Source of the DNA: Perkinsus chesapeaki ATCC PRA-425
Taxonomy: Eukaryota; Protista; Perkinsozoa
Assembly (NCBI GenBank): GCA_013115145.1
Contig: JAAPAO010000037.1
Coordinates: 1 to 64,000 of the forward strand
DNA length: 64,000 nucleotides
Direction: 5' to 3'
The notes beneath the pieces were generated by a model. That model was not told where the DNA came from and searched no databases. It was given only the letters and a program-made list of their open reading frames with translations. Positions 37,878-50,355 of the stretch are shown piece after piece; positions within the stretch are counted from its first letter, which is position 1, and each line of letters opens with the position of its first letter. The position numbers and the translations under genes are program-made.

Positions 37878-39773
37878 ATGAACTGTCACCTTTTGCGGAT
37901 TTTTTGTCTGGTCTTCCTCGCCATAGTAGCACGAGGCTCTGATGGTGCTGCTGATGATGATGATTTAGGGTCAGAAGACAGTCTAGCAAAGCTCTACTGT
38001 GGAAGGGACAACTGTTATGATCTTCTAGAGCTCTCCAGAGATGCTACTGTAATCACTGTACTCCTTACCAAATAACCATTACTATTAGCCACAAGAGATC
38101 AAACATTCCTATCGCCGACTAGCACGACTCTATCATCCCGATAAACAGCCACATAACTCCGAAGCTCAAAGGGAAGCCCAGGCGATATTCACCAAGATAG
38201 CTAGGGCGTGCGGTCACCGTGGCAGCGGCAGCAGTTCCATAGTAGCTTACCCTATCTCGTGGTTAGATACGAGGTTTTATCAAGTCCCAAGCTCAGAGAG
38301 GCATACGATCTCTATGTAGACTACCCAGAATATGCTGCTTATAACTATTATAATGTAATCATTACCCCAATGTATCCCTACCTTTCTTTATCAGTATTAT
38401 AATGCTGTATATAAGCCGCAAACTCCAGTGTGGATAGTGGTGTCAGCAGTCCTATTGTTATTATCGGGGATTCAGTACCTTAATGACTCCTTACAGTATC
38501 AGAGGGTTACTAATGCGGTAGGCGGCATACTACGGCGGCTGAAGTAGTACTGTGTGTATTTAATATGCAACATTAGGTTCGTAAACAGAGACAATTCCAA
38601 CAGCGTGTGAAGGAAAGGTTGACAGAGGAAGCTGGGGGAACTAGGGCGCTGAGAAAGATGCCCAGCGCAGATAGAGACCAGCTAGAGCGAGAGGTACAGC
38701 CCTTAGGCCGTTGTGAAGGCATGAAGGGGCCCTCTATCTCATCAGCAAGATCGAGAAGATCGTTTTCGAGGAGGAAGTGCAATTGAATGGCAGCGGTTCG
38801 AAACCTGCAGATATCAAACGAGTAGTCCTCCCTCGCCTGCAGGCGCTGCACGTCCCTTCACAGACAATCGGATTCCGTTTTATCCGTTCGCCTCTAACGT
38901 TCGTTGAGTGGGTTGCATGGAAAGCTCATTGGGTGTATCGGTTTAATATAAAGAAAGAGGAGTACGGTCCTGCCGAGCGAGAGTGAGGCGCGATGGTGAT
39001 GTGGATGGTGATACTTGCTACTGTAGATACTTAACGCGGACGGCTCTTAAGTTGTCAGAGGATGATTGGCATATGTTAGAAGATAACATGAAGGAACAGC
39101 TGTTAGATAAGAAGCTATATGAAGGAGACAACCTACAGGAGTAAGAAGGACACGATGCTCGGCCATCTCATATCATCTCCTTTTATTTACATGATCAATT
39201 CTGTGAATCCAGCCACTGTCTAAACGTCCCTTAACACCCCCATAATAAATGCGAGGGAGATCTCATGATAGCTTTAGCTCAACATGCCTCCTTTCCGGCT
39301 CCCCTATAATCTGTCTCCTCCGTAGTAGTAGTGAGCCATCTCAAGCGACACTAGTGCTGTTGGTAGTCATCAGCAATATATTGTTTCTGTTAACATGTCT
39401 CGCTTACTGATAGCCTTCGCGGAGTGCATTTCCCGTCTCCCTACATCGCCTTTGTCTCAAGTTTAGCCATTCCCGCCGTCTCGTCCCGTTCCCTCGGGAT
39501 TGTGTGCGCCGCTGCTGTCTCCACTTGTTGTCCATACATAAAATGGTGCATTTGATACCGATGATTGGCTCTCCTCCGCTCGTCATTCTTTGCGCAACCT
39601 CACTTTGACTCTTGCCTTCTCTGTCTCCGAGATGTTACTTCGGTAATATTGTCAGATACCTCAAGGAGCGAGAACGGGAGGAAAGAGCTCGTTTAGAGAA
39701 GAGTGGTGCTTATAAACGGTATCAGCGAATTAAGAGAGCTGGGCCGACCTCATACAACTACAATGAGGATTAG
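37878..39773 (+). CDS. DNAJC25: DnaJ homolog subfamily C member 25
   Basis: Signal peptide; LYCGRDNCYDLL; J-domain HPDK; YEVL..YDLYVDYPE; YYNAVYKP; terminal exon ..KSGAYKRYQRIKR.. at 39656-39773, after a 515-nt intron. Confidence 0.92.
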
Positions 39774-39858
39774 TCACTTCTCCTTCTCCAGCAGCAGCAG
39801 GAGGACTAGGACCAGGAGGAGGAGGATCACTGTCTCTGTTTTTCCTTTTGACGAGCAT
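39441..39858 (-). CDS. Candidate 82-aa antisense gene interleaved with DNAJC25
   Basis: Exons 39858-39778, 39659-39639 and 39587-39441 join in frame through GT-AG introns of 118 and 51 nt. No homolog recognised. Confidence 0.3.
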
Positions 39859-39937
39859 GTGCTAGCGTTGAGTTGATAGACGAGTAGCCTTCTTGTCACC
39901 ACCTTTATGGTAGAGTTCCTTCCTTTCTGTTTCAAGA

Positions 39938-41247
39938 ATGGCGGCCCCCTCACAGAGTTCCTTCCGTGTTGCTCCGGCTGACCAACCGATTCCCGTTGGA
40001 GGCTCCATAGAGGTGTCCATTCTTTGTGAACCTTTTGTCATCTTTCATGTCTCCGAAGGCAAATACTATGCTATACAGGTGGCCCCTCTTGGCTGAGTAG
40101 TTGATTGTTGGAATTATTACTATTATTTCAGAACCCTTGTGTGGCCTGTTTCTCACCATCTACTTTCCTCAACCAACCAGTAGATGCTGACAGCCTTACC
40201 GTACAGTGTGCTCACGGTGGCCATAAAATTAGTCTTGTCGACGGCACAGCTGTGGACGGTGGAATGGGGCAAATCTCGGCCAAAGTGTCGTTCGTGGAAG
40301 GAGACGGCCTCTACCTTGAACTACCAGAGGTGCTGTTCATATAGTTGTCAGCGTCTCACTTATTCTTCAATGTTCAGGCGTTGGCGGACTGGAGCGTTTG
40401 GACATTGGTCGAACGGAGAAACGTCGCCAAGAATGTTGATGCTTTCGTTTTTTCGTTCCCCGAGGGTATTCGAAATGAAGATATCCTCTTCGGTGATGGC
40501 ATAGTAAGTATATGGCTACGTTCAAGTGACAACCATCACTCGTTACAGATGCATATTTCTAGTAAAATAATGGTGGACGGTGCATCCTGTGCCCGGGACT
40601 ACACACCAACGCGGAAGCTGCCTAATAGGCGTATCGAACTAATAGTTAAGAGATACGACGACTTCGGGATCATGTCGAGGCATTATCACAATATGGTTGT
40701 TGGGGACACACTAGTCCAGAGAGTTAACACCAGAATAAGGTTTAATCTATCGAAGCTTATAAAGGAGAAAGGCATGAAGAAAATAGTTATGGTTGGTGCA
40801 GGGACAGGTGTGACACCTCTCTACCAGGTAAGAGTTTACATTTTATATCGTATCGACAGTTCCAGCGGTAGGTGATGTTTTCTGAAGCCAATAAGATGCT
40901 CGATGAGGTGCAAATATTGGGGTTCTTCCGAGAAACCAAGGAGATGATTTTGTATCCTGATGAAGATATGCCAAAGAATGTTACAATGCGAAGGTTCCTA
41001 ACTCGTAGACAAGGATGCGCTGACGCACTGCAGGAAATGTTTGATAGTAAGTGGTATCTCTTGTCTACACGTTGCCTTATACATGTCAACCCTTTCAGGG
41101 GAGTACTTCCCAAGAGGTGATGGCACTAAATCAATGTATATCATTTGGTGTGGTCCACCGGGCTTTAATGCCATCTTGGATTCTCAACTCGAGAAGAGAG
41201 ACTTCTATGGCTTCGATGAGGACTGTGTTTACGAGTTACCAAACTAG
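39938..41247 (+). CDS. Rieske/NirD-like ferredoxin domain fused to a cytochrome b5 reductase-like FAD/NAD(P)H oxidoreductase
   Basis: N-terminus: FVIFHVSEGKYYAIQNPCVAC..TVQCAHGGHKISLVDG. C-terminus: RDYTPT, IELIVKRYDDFGIMSRHYHNMVVGD, MVGAGTGVTPLYQ, WCGPPGF. Confidence 0.8.
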
Positions 41248-41497
41248 ATGCTTCAGCCATCTGTTTTGTGTATGGCCGGTTAGGCCAGTATTGAGTATCC
41301 TATTAACACGGTATGACGACGACGCTGTTGTGTGACTCTTCTGTTATTAGCTTTGCTCCGGCATTCGCTTTTTCGCCATAGTTGTTGTATTCTTGTGTTG
41401 TTTGTTATGTACCTTGTCGTGTAAAAAGTTATTCACCACAACGCAACAAACACCAATAGAACGGAAACAGCCGATCGGAAACGTGGCTAATTATGAA

Positions 41498-44400
41498 TCA
41501 TTCAGACGGTTCATCGAGAACGCGTGCCATTGACATGCGCCTCAGTCGCTTCGACGGCCGAATTGGAGGCTGCTGGCCTTCCTGGATCTAATAAGGTGAC
41601 ATTCGAAGGAAAGAGTAGAGCAAGCTACCTCCCCTTGAGCGGTGTTGACTTCCTCCTCCTCTATGATTCGATCACTACGAAGACCATCGCATCCTCCTTC
41701 ATGGGTTAACACATCATACAACGCATCACGCTTGAGATGTATCGAGGGGAGGCCAGCCCAGACCCTCCTCTTCACAAACACCACTCGATCAAGGCCAAGA
41801 TACTATAACACCAACTGCTACCAACATAGTGTTCAGCCTTACCTTTTCGCAGTGCCTTCTCAAGGATCGTATAGGCCCAAGCAAAGACCCTGTCACCGGG
41901 CAGATGTGACTATCCCCTAACACTTGGATACCAATACGGCGCCCTTGATGAGATACAACAGCATCAAAGCTGAATTACAGGCAATTACTAGAGAGCAAGT
42001 AACTGTCAGCTGTACCAGTAAGGCCCCTCCTTTACAAGTGTGGCATGACCGCCATCACAGCCAAGAGCTTCCAATGCAACTGCTAAGTCCAGATGGTATT
42101 GCCTCAGCAGACGATGGTCCTGATGCTTGTGAAGTAAACCATAACTTATCTAATTACTGTAATGTCATGATTCGAGAACCTATTGATAAGGAGCCTTTGA
42201 GTCTCAGCTGCATGGTCCATAAATTCTGGATGCTCCAGTATTAGACCGAACTAATTAAGATTAAGAATACAGGGTCACAAATGATAGAGTAGATCACCAT
42301 AACACGGGCCATCTGAGTCTCGTGGACCTTGGATATATGTTGCTCATCATGCACATTTCCCCTATAGAACTGAGCCATCAATGCATTGAACATATCCTTG
42401 TCATATTTGTTACTGAATAACCACTTCAACAAATGCCGTTTCATCCAGCTTTACTTGCCTTATTATAAAACCATTAAGTATGTTGCATATCTGCCTAGTC
42501 GACAATGCCCTACTAACTTGTACCACTCGTTTAGCTATCTGAGGTGATGCACATCATCACCATATATCCCTCCACACCTACTCGTTCTGCAAGTTCATCA
42601 TCCCACACCCCAACTTTGGCCATGCTATTAACCATAGCAGCCAAGTGTTGTGGTGAATGAAACTTAATCTTTTGCCGGAATCTTGGTATTAAACAGTTCT
42701 TCCAGGCCTACTAGAAGGCAGAGACTTGTAGGGATATCGAATAATACAGATCCACACCAAGATAGAAAGGAGAACCGTCAGTCAAGAGAGCAATTCAAGA
42801 CCCTACAAATAGGTAACTTGCATGATGTTTGCACAACTTCAACGCGGCTTCTACTGCATATCAATTTGGGGATGGGATATGGTAATGCCATTGTTGTAGA
42901 AAGTAATTGTTGTAAACCCTCTTACCCGTTTATCTCGGATGCCGAGAGTGGCAAATGAGAATGCTAGTGTAACAACAGTAAGAGGCTGCATACGATGTGA
43001 CTCTGGCATATTGGCCAACCTATCACAGACCGACCTCAGGAAGGGTATGCTACGTAGATTCACTCGGGAATACTGAAAAGTATGGTATGAAAAATTAGTG
43101 GGTAAAGATTCATCATTACAGCATAGGTTATCATAGCCATTTGCTTGTCGCTAATAGTTGCCCATTTTTCCGGCTCGGAAACCGTCTTACCTGTTAAAAG
43201 GTGGTACTCAAGGGAATTATAATGCTCACCAATTGCTCGGAGTAATGCAACGTCTGGATGTTTTAGTCTGCCAAGTGCAACAGCTAGAAGTGTCAGTGTC
43301 TTAGCGTCAAGACTTGTTATTTCCCTTTTAACCTACTCCATGGCTCATCCTTTCCATTGATAATATCATAACTACTTACCCTATTGGACATCCTATGTAT
43401 CGCTCTTGTAGGTAGCAGGCCAATCTTTGAGAACTCATGTAATATAACACACATCTGCTTCGGTGGTATCTTCCCATTGCTAAGCTTCTCATTAAAGTGA
43501 AAGGCTAGGTATCGATACGCCTTCGACCAAGCATGATGTGCCTAATCCGTAGCGTTATATGTTACCAGTGGGGTCATGGGTCTACTTGGTTTCGTGGATC
43601 TCTAGGAATGAGCTTTCGTTGTCGCATGAAGTAGAGTAGCCATGCCATATCAGTACCGTTCCAGAGGCCAGGGTGATGCACCATTACTCGAATTAAACTG
43701 CCACAGATGATAACCATTAACATGACCTTTAGGACTACTAGTGTGCTTTGGGCTCCGGCACTTGAGGGCATTTACTCTTTGCAGCAGAGAAGAGTATGAG
43801 ACATAACTGTGAATGGCTGAATTCACAATCTGGGCTTCCCTTCTTAAATGAGCTCTCCTGCCAGGCCACTACAGTACATCCCTCCTCAGTATTATTACCA
43901 CATACGTAACCACTTTCTTTAATAGTGGGGTCCATAAAGCAGGAGTGTTCAACTTCAACCTCCCAGCAGCTAGTGCTACTGCTGTTAGCTGTGATGGGTT
44001 ATAGTCAGGTATACCCTTAACAACACCCTTACGAAGTTCAAGGTATCTATACATTCAGCAAGGTGTTACCAGTAGTAGTAGTAGCCTATCCTCACCTTTT
44101 ATCAACTCTTAAGTCCCCATCTTTAAATGCTGTACCAGATAGTTCTTGTAAATGGAATATCCTCAGAGTAGCCTTTGTATTATCATCATACTCACTTACC
44201 TAATAGACAAGTAGATCACTACCCCTATCCCCAACATACAAAGTAACACCAAGTGGTCCAAGGAGGGATGCTTTTACTATTTCCTCTAGGATCATGTTAT
44301 TCAGAACGTTCGTATGATACCATCGTATGGTGAGTAACAATTAATGACACTCGAGCCCAGTCACACTTGACCAGCGAGGTCACATGATGAATTCCTGATT

Positions 44401-44659
44401 CCCATACTTAGTTCACCCCAATGGCTACTACCTCCTTCAACGTGCTTCTAACAATCCTTTCATTCTCCCTACCAAACCGCGCAAACATTTTCCTTATCTC
44501 ATCTTTACACCGCAGTGCATCAACATCCACTTGCTTCTCTGCAACCTTATTCGGCAAAGTGACCTCTATCAACGAAGCCGAGGCAGCAACATTGCCAGTT
44601 GAGAACAGCCGTGGCCGTATTGAGGCTAGTATTGCCAATGGCGGGCCAGTATTCCGCAT
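41498..44659 (-). CDS. RAP-domain helical-repeat protein (FASTK/HPR-like), probably mitochondrial
   Basis: Transit-like N-terminus (IRPRLFSTG). Repeats such as YNPSQLTAVALAAGRL, LTLLAVALGRLKHPD, PLTVVTLAFSFATLGIRD, SPQHLAAMVNSMAKVG. RAP-like LLGPIRSLRRHCEKYLGLDRVVFVKRRVW. Confidence 0.72.
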
Positions 44660-44946
44660 GGATGAAAAGCTACTCTATACGTAGGTCCGTGTATACCGAC
44701 TATTCTCCCCTCCCTACTAGAGCACTTCCTAACACAGCAGATTGAATAGTGACCTCAGATAGTTAAGTCTTACATGGTCTATTTAATCTTAGTCCAACCA
44801 AGTTCTATCTATATTGCAATACTGCACACGGAACTAGCGGTGACTTGCTAGAAGGTTTGTTGCTATAGAAGCCAGTAGAACTCCAATAACCCAAGACAGT
44901 TCAAGAGCATTGAGGAACATCATTGAGCATGCTGCTGCTGATAACA

Positions 44947-45889
44947 CTACTGTATACAATCGAACGGATATGTAACACTGCAAGGGTTATCCTAAAGTTA
45001 GTAGTGATGATTCAAGGTAGCATTCGATCGGACGTATTACCTGGGCATATAGTCTGTTATAGACCTCCGTTATCTTATCAGTAAGCAGTGATGGCTGAAA
45101 GCGACCACCCCCACCAGCGGGGATCGAGCACTCTCTCAGTAGGGTATCGAATTCATCAGCTAAAGCCCATGCTAGCAGCCCCACCACCACCGTCCCCTGC
45201 TACTACCAGTGAACTCATCTCCCATAGTGGTAAGCCAGAACTTGAGCACCTCCACACTATTAGTATCAGTTGTTGCTATGGCCATACCCCTTCCTGTACG
45301 AGAGGCAGCATGCTGCTGACTGCCCGTGCCGGGCCGTGGTGAGAGGCTGGGCATCCCCGTCAAGGGAAAGCCAGTTCCAGCGAATGTTGATAAGGTTTGA
45401 ATAGCCTAGCAACACTCCTTGGACTACTAACTAGTATGTGGCGCGTCACCTGATTGAGCTCAGCTACTCCTGCTTCTGTATGGAATTTAGATGGCCGTGC
45501 GGAAGCTAGATTGAATACAGTGTATAGGTCCACACCTTGGTCTATTGGGAACTGAATGGGTGGTGGCTTCCCTAGTGTGCTCAGATTGTTAGCACCTTTT
45601 CACCATAGCACATCCTATCTATCTCTCTTTCAGTATAATCCAACGCTAGACTCCTTATTACACTACGCAGCTCATCTGTTGTTAATTTACCATCACCATC
45701 CGAATCCCATACTTCAAAGCACTCTCGGACCTACTACCTCTCCCTAGCTTTAGCATGCCCACAGCTCCTCCTCACCTTAGCCGATGCTACCCCTCCTCTC
45801 CCACAAGAAGCTTTGGATTCATCTCTGGTAACTGATCCTTCCTGTGAGGGCACCTTCAACTGATGCCGGGACTTAACCGATCGTGACAT
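44947..45889 (-). CDS. Calmodulin-like EF-hand protein
   Basis: VRECFEVWDSDGDGKLTTDELRSVIRSLA is a canonical EF loop. LKFWLTTMGDEFT..DEFDTLLRE follows the CaM layout. Confidence 0.72.
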
Positions 45890-45972
45890 TAAAGAGTCTC
45901 TGACAGTCTTCCCACGTGCAGATGTAACCCAAACCAGGCCAGACAGAAACGATTTTTAACACCTTCCAACGG

Positions 45973-47161
45973 CTATGTAAACCTGAGCTTCTTCCCAGCT
46001 GTCATTTTACCATGCAGCCGCCGCTTCACAACTATATTCACCACAGCGTTCATTACGGTGTTGCACATAACGAAAATGAAGCATCCAGCTGGGAGATGCA
46101 CTGCAAATGGCAGGAATAGTAGCACCGCACCTGAGCCGCCAACTTGACCATTTTTCACTGACCCACAATAGTACCTTGCAATCCGTAATTAAAGTACGTT
46201 GTATCCCATTCAGCTCTATCAGGATCGGACACCACTGGCACCAACTTCATTTGTGCTCGGGCTGCAGCTATGGCCATGACTGATGACGCCAGTGGTAATA
46301 TACCGTAGGGGTCTGAGGTCACAATTATTAGGCTCAACGCAGGGGAAGGCTACCTGCTAGCATGAGGCTCGGGCACCAAAGGAAGTTAGAGTCCAGACAG
46401 ACAGATCGAAACACGTCCGGATGTGTGGCCATGCCTCTTATAGCTGCAAATAGTGTTATTATCCATGGGGTTTGAATACCAAATAGGAAGCCCATTCCTT
46501 GGAATGGATTCCCTAAACACAACCGAGTCCCTCCCCCTAGCGGCCAGTGGCTATCTACTGCCGATGCCGTGCTTGCTAAGCTCTTGACGGTACTCTTCAA
46601 CTTTCCGGTCAAATCTATCATTATCTCCGGTCTGCAGTAAAGCCACTTATTTGGCAGCAAACAGGCGGTGGCACTACATTCAAGGCAGTTCGGACCTCCC
46701 TGGCCAAGGGTAGTAACTCTACCATGGCCGCCTGCCGTCTGCTAGATATCTCTATTGACCTAAGGCCCCATCGAATGTCATAGGAAAGAGAGGATTCCGT
46801 ACCGGACGTTGAAGTAGAGTGTAAGGGCTCTGAACCCTACGGCAACAAGGCAGATGGTCGAGACCCAACTACTGCCGGTTATCTCGTGTACAGTAGAGAG
46901 CATGGTTTGGACTGCATCCACGTGAGGCCTAAAGCCACCAAAATGATGGCGGGCAGTGGCTTACTTGACCTACCAAGGATCATAAACAGTAGTCCAGTCA
47001 ACCCCAAAGTTATCGGCTTGGTCTCGTAGCCGCTCTAAGAGGCCCATGGCCTCGGGCGACGAGACAGCTGGTGCAGCTGGATGATTTACTGTAGAGAATG
47101 ATCGGGTGTATCTATGGCCGAGGATGGGGAATCCTCGCAGTAGATGCCTCGAAGCTAACAT
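45973..47161 (-). CDS. Oxa1/Cox18/YidC family mitochondrial inner-membrane insertase
   Basis: Transit peptide MLASRHLLRGF..RSFST; GSWVSTICLVAVGFRAL; IQTPWIITLFAAIRGM; FLWCPSLMLADPYGILPL; LPAGCFIFVMCN. Confidence 0.85.
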
Positions 47162-47335
47162 GGAAAAATCAGTGGTGATGCTCTGATCTGTGGCGTGCGC
47201 GATGAGATAGATATTTCATGCAAACTGCACGAAAAGCGCAAAAAAGATTCCACGAGCTCAATCTCGAATGCCATCAAATATCCTGCCGATTGTCTCTTGT
47301 GTGAATTTGTCTCTGTAGTTTGCCCAGGTCCGCTC

Positions 47336-49027
47336 ATGTTTAACCTCATCTGCCGTTCCTATCAGAACTTCCCACGAGGAATTGGTCAACGCTCTCGTGA
47401 TAGTTCGGCCGGCAATACCGACACAACTGAGATCAACACCCCCGTCACAACAGGCTCGTCGAGGCCGTTTGAACGGTATTTTAGGCAGAGTGAACCCAGT
47501 AAGTTATATACACTGGATGGTTTATATTTCATTTCGTTGCTTTCAGATTTTCTGCCGATATACGACGCCAGCCGCTATGCCGAGCTACTGCCTGAGTACA
47601 ACTCTTCATTGTTTTCTGAAGCCTCTGAGAGCGCCGAGCGTGCCTTCATGCTGAGATACACTCAGAAACTGTGAGGAGCATCTTAGCTCTGCTGTGCTAT
47701 TCATGTGTAACTTCAGAATATCTTTGGTCCACTCGGCGAAGACCACCGACGAGGAACTGGCCAATAACCCCTTCGAGAGCAGATTCGCTGTCGCAAAGGC
47801 TGATGGAGTTGGTAAGTTAATTTATTGCAATAAAGCTATCTTTCATTCAATCAGGCAATCCCCGCCTTACCTCGTTCCACAGCGATGCTGCGTTTGTACT
47901 AAAGATGACGCAAAGATGTTGCTTCTCGGTGGCGACTGTCCTGGGTGGCCTGGACTACTTTCTCCGTCTAATCGATAAAGGCCTGGTACAGCTTCACCCA
48001 CCTATGGGAGTATCTCTGAATGCTCCGGTCAGGTCACTCTACACCACACAACGTGGAGATCTCTGTGGGTTTGCTCTATGTTGCTGGCAGAGAAAATGTG
48101 GGAGGATAACTTCGTCCATCCAGTATGTTCCTGCCCCTACGGCTGTTATGTCAGAAGCTCTCTATTAGGTTCATATTATGGGACAATATAGCTCAAGTGC
48201 CCACTCTAAGAGAGAGTATCTGCAATTGCAAATGGGTATCCTGAAGGTCCTCAACTGGGACATGAACATTTCGTTGAAACGGTAAACGACATTTTTAACT
48301 TCTCTAGCGACAATAGTGAAGGTTCACTGATCTGGTTGCGGACATTATGGCTCATCCAGTATCTCCACAAGTTATCGGCGCCGTACCTGGTCATCCAGAC
48401 AAGCTCTTTGTATTGAGGTAGGCCATAAAGTGTAATGGCTAAAGGACGCTGTTCTTCATAGACCTCTCCCGAAAGTGCCAAAGATGAACTTCAACCTATC
48501 GGCTAAGCAACAGCAACCTCGGATACCATCGAGGTAATTATCACACGAATGAGAATGTAGCCGCAATTCTTGTTGTATCAGGCGAAGCAGTCGCTCTAAT
48601 AATAGACCTGCCCAAGGGGCATTAACGCTTAATAGCGATTCATCTGGTGGGGCTGCCTCGACAGTCGCTGAGAGTCGTCCTGATGTCTACAGTGAAATAA
48701 AGGCCACTGAGGTAGGGGCAGCGCTTGTTAAATACTCTTGTGCTCCATATGCTTTTAGGATCACATGGATATCACATCACTCAGTCAAGGCCATTCGATG
48801 CCAGCAGCTGGGTAAGGGCTCAAACTGCCTGTAGTTTGATGCAATTGAGTGTCCTTAGGGATCCATCTCTGGTAGCTCCAGGCGGACGGCACCACGGTAG
48901 ACATCATGATCGCTTTGGACAAGGCTCACTGTACAGACTTGGCGTTGGTCTGCCTCCTCGTCAGCCAACTTATAATCGGCGACCTCAGTCAAGTGACGTT
49001 AACCACCAGCAGACTATGGGACGCTAA
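47336..49027 (+). CDS. Cyclin Y / PHO80-like cyclin
   Basis: FVLKMTQRCCFSVATVLGGLDYFLRL; WRSLWVCSMLLAEKMWEDN; LQLQMGILKVLNWDMNI. 3' exons are uncertain. Confidence 0.75.
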
Positions 49028-49390
49028 ATTCTGATAATACCATTGAAATCTATATCATAGCAGTTGAACCCCTACGGGAACTGCATCAAATGGTATCGTT
49101 TCTCTCTCCCTTTATGTCGCGTAAGCGATTATCTGGTACACTGACAGTACTCTATATCACCAATTTTCATCATCTGATTGGTTTATTGGTATATAATTGG
49201 TCGTTGATTATGTTTATCGTCGTTAACCTCTCTTGCATGAGGGCTGCGGCGGTCAATGACCTACTATGATTACGTGATTCTTACTTGATAACAGTTGTCA
49301 TGAGAAAATGCTGTGGTGGCGCGGTCCCCTATCCTCGGTGATGTTGTCGAGTTTGTCAATTTAATATGATAATAATAAGGTCATCATTCA

Positions 49391-50315
49391 ATGTCCGGCA
49401 AACAAGACAGTTCTTTCTTCACTAGTGAAGCAGTTGATCTCGGCAGCATCGCTACAGCTCGCGTTCAAGAGGCAGCTTTCTACAGTAAGATTATTCTCAG
49501 CAGAGTTGGATAAAAACGTGGCTGCTGTTGCTTGTAGGCGGGCAAATGTACGCTCATGCTGCCAAGGAGCTATTGAGTCGTCCATATAGCGATGAGAGAA
49601 GCGTCGATGCGCGTAAATATAAAGTATTGGATTACAGGCTTGGAACTAACTTCAACAGAGCTCACTCTGTGGAAGATGGCCTATTGCAGGTGGGGAAGAA
49701 ACTGTTCATTTTAGCATGAAGGCGTATTTTTTCAGCGAGAAGAGCCCAAGAAACCTGAGCCATTGCCCGAGCCAGCAGCATCTGCGGCATGCTTGGCTGC
49801 TAAAGTAAGGAACGCTGATATTGAAGTAGCTGATTTGAGACGAAGGGAGTGTTGGCTGACTCCAGGACATATAATGGAGTCATCAGGTAAGGCAGCGGCT
49901 GTTTGTGAATATGGCAAGTATTTGTGTCAGGAGCCATGGGGCCAGCCAAACTTGATTTTGTTACGGGCGATCAGTGGGCGTCTAAGGCAGCAGCGTAGGT
50001 TGGGGAAGTTACGATGATGGAGCATTTGCTAAATCTTTAGGTTTGGCGAAGGTCATGGTGCGAGCTTTCAGAGGTGTTTTTCGGTTCCTCGTAAGCCTCA
50101 AGCATCCTCGGCCTCGCAGTGGTAGGATGGCTCTCGAAGAGTAGCTTAGTGGGTGTGTCAGCTACGAGGACAGGGCCGCTTACTTGTACGGTGACGGTCT
50201 GAAGAATTGGGAAATTGGCCGAGTAGAGGGGGCATCGTATCTGCTCCGGCCGGCATCGTATGACCCACCTGTTATACCGGAGGCGATGCAACATTCTCTG
50301 AGGAGGCGAGAGTGA
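49391..50315 (+). CDS. Hypothetical protein (multi-exon)
   Basis: MSGKQDSSFF.. joined by GT-AG introns to YAHAAKELL.., REEPKKPEP.. and YEDRAAYLYGDG..RRRE*. Confidence 0.5.
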
Positions 50316-50355
50316 GATACTACCGTGGCGCAGTAGTCGAATACGAACTTGCATT

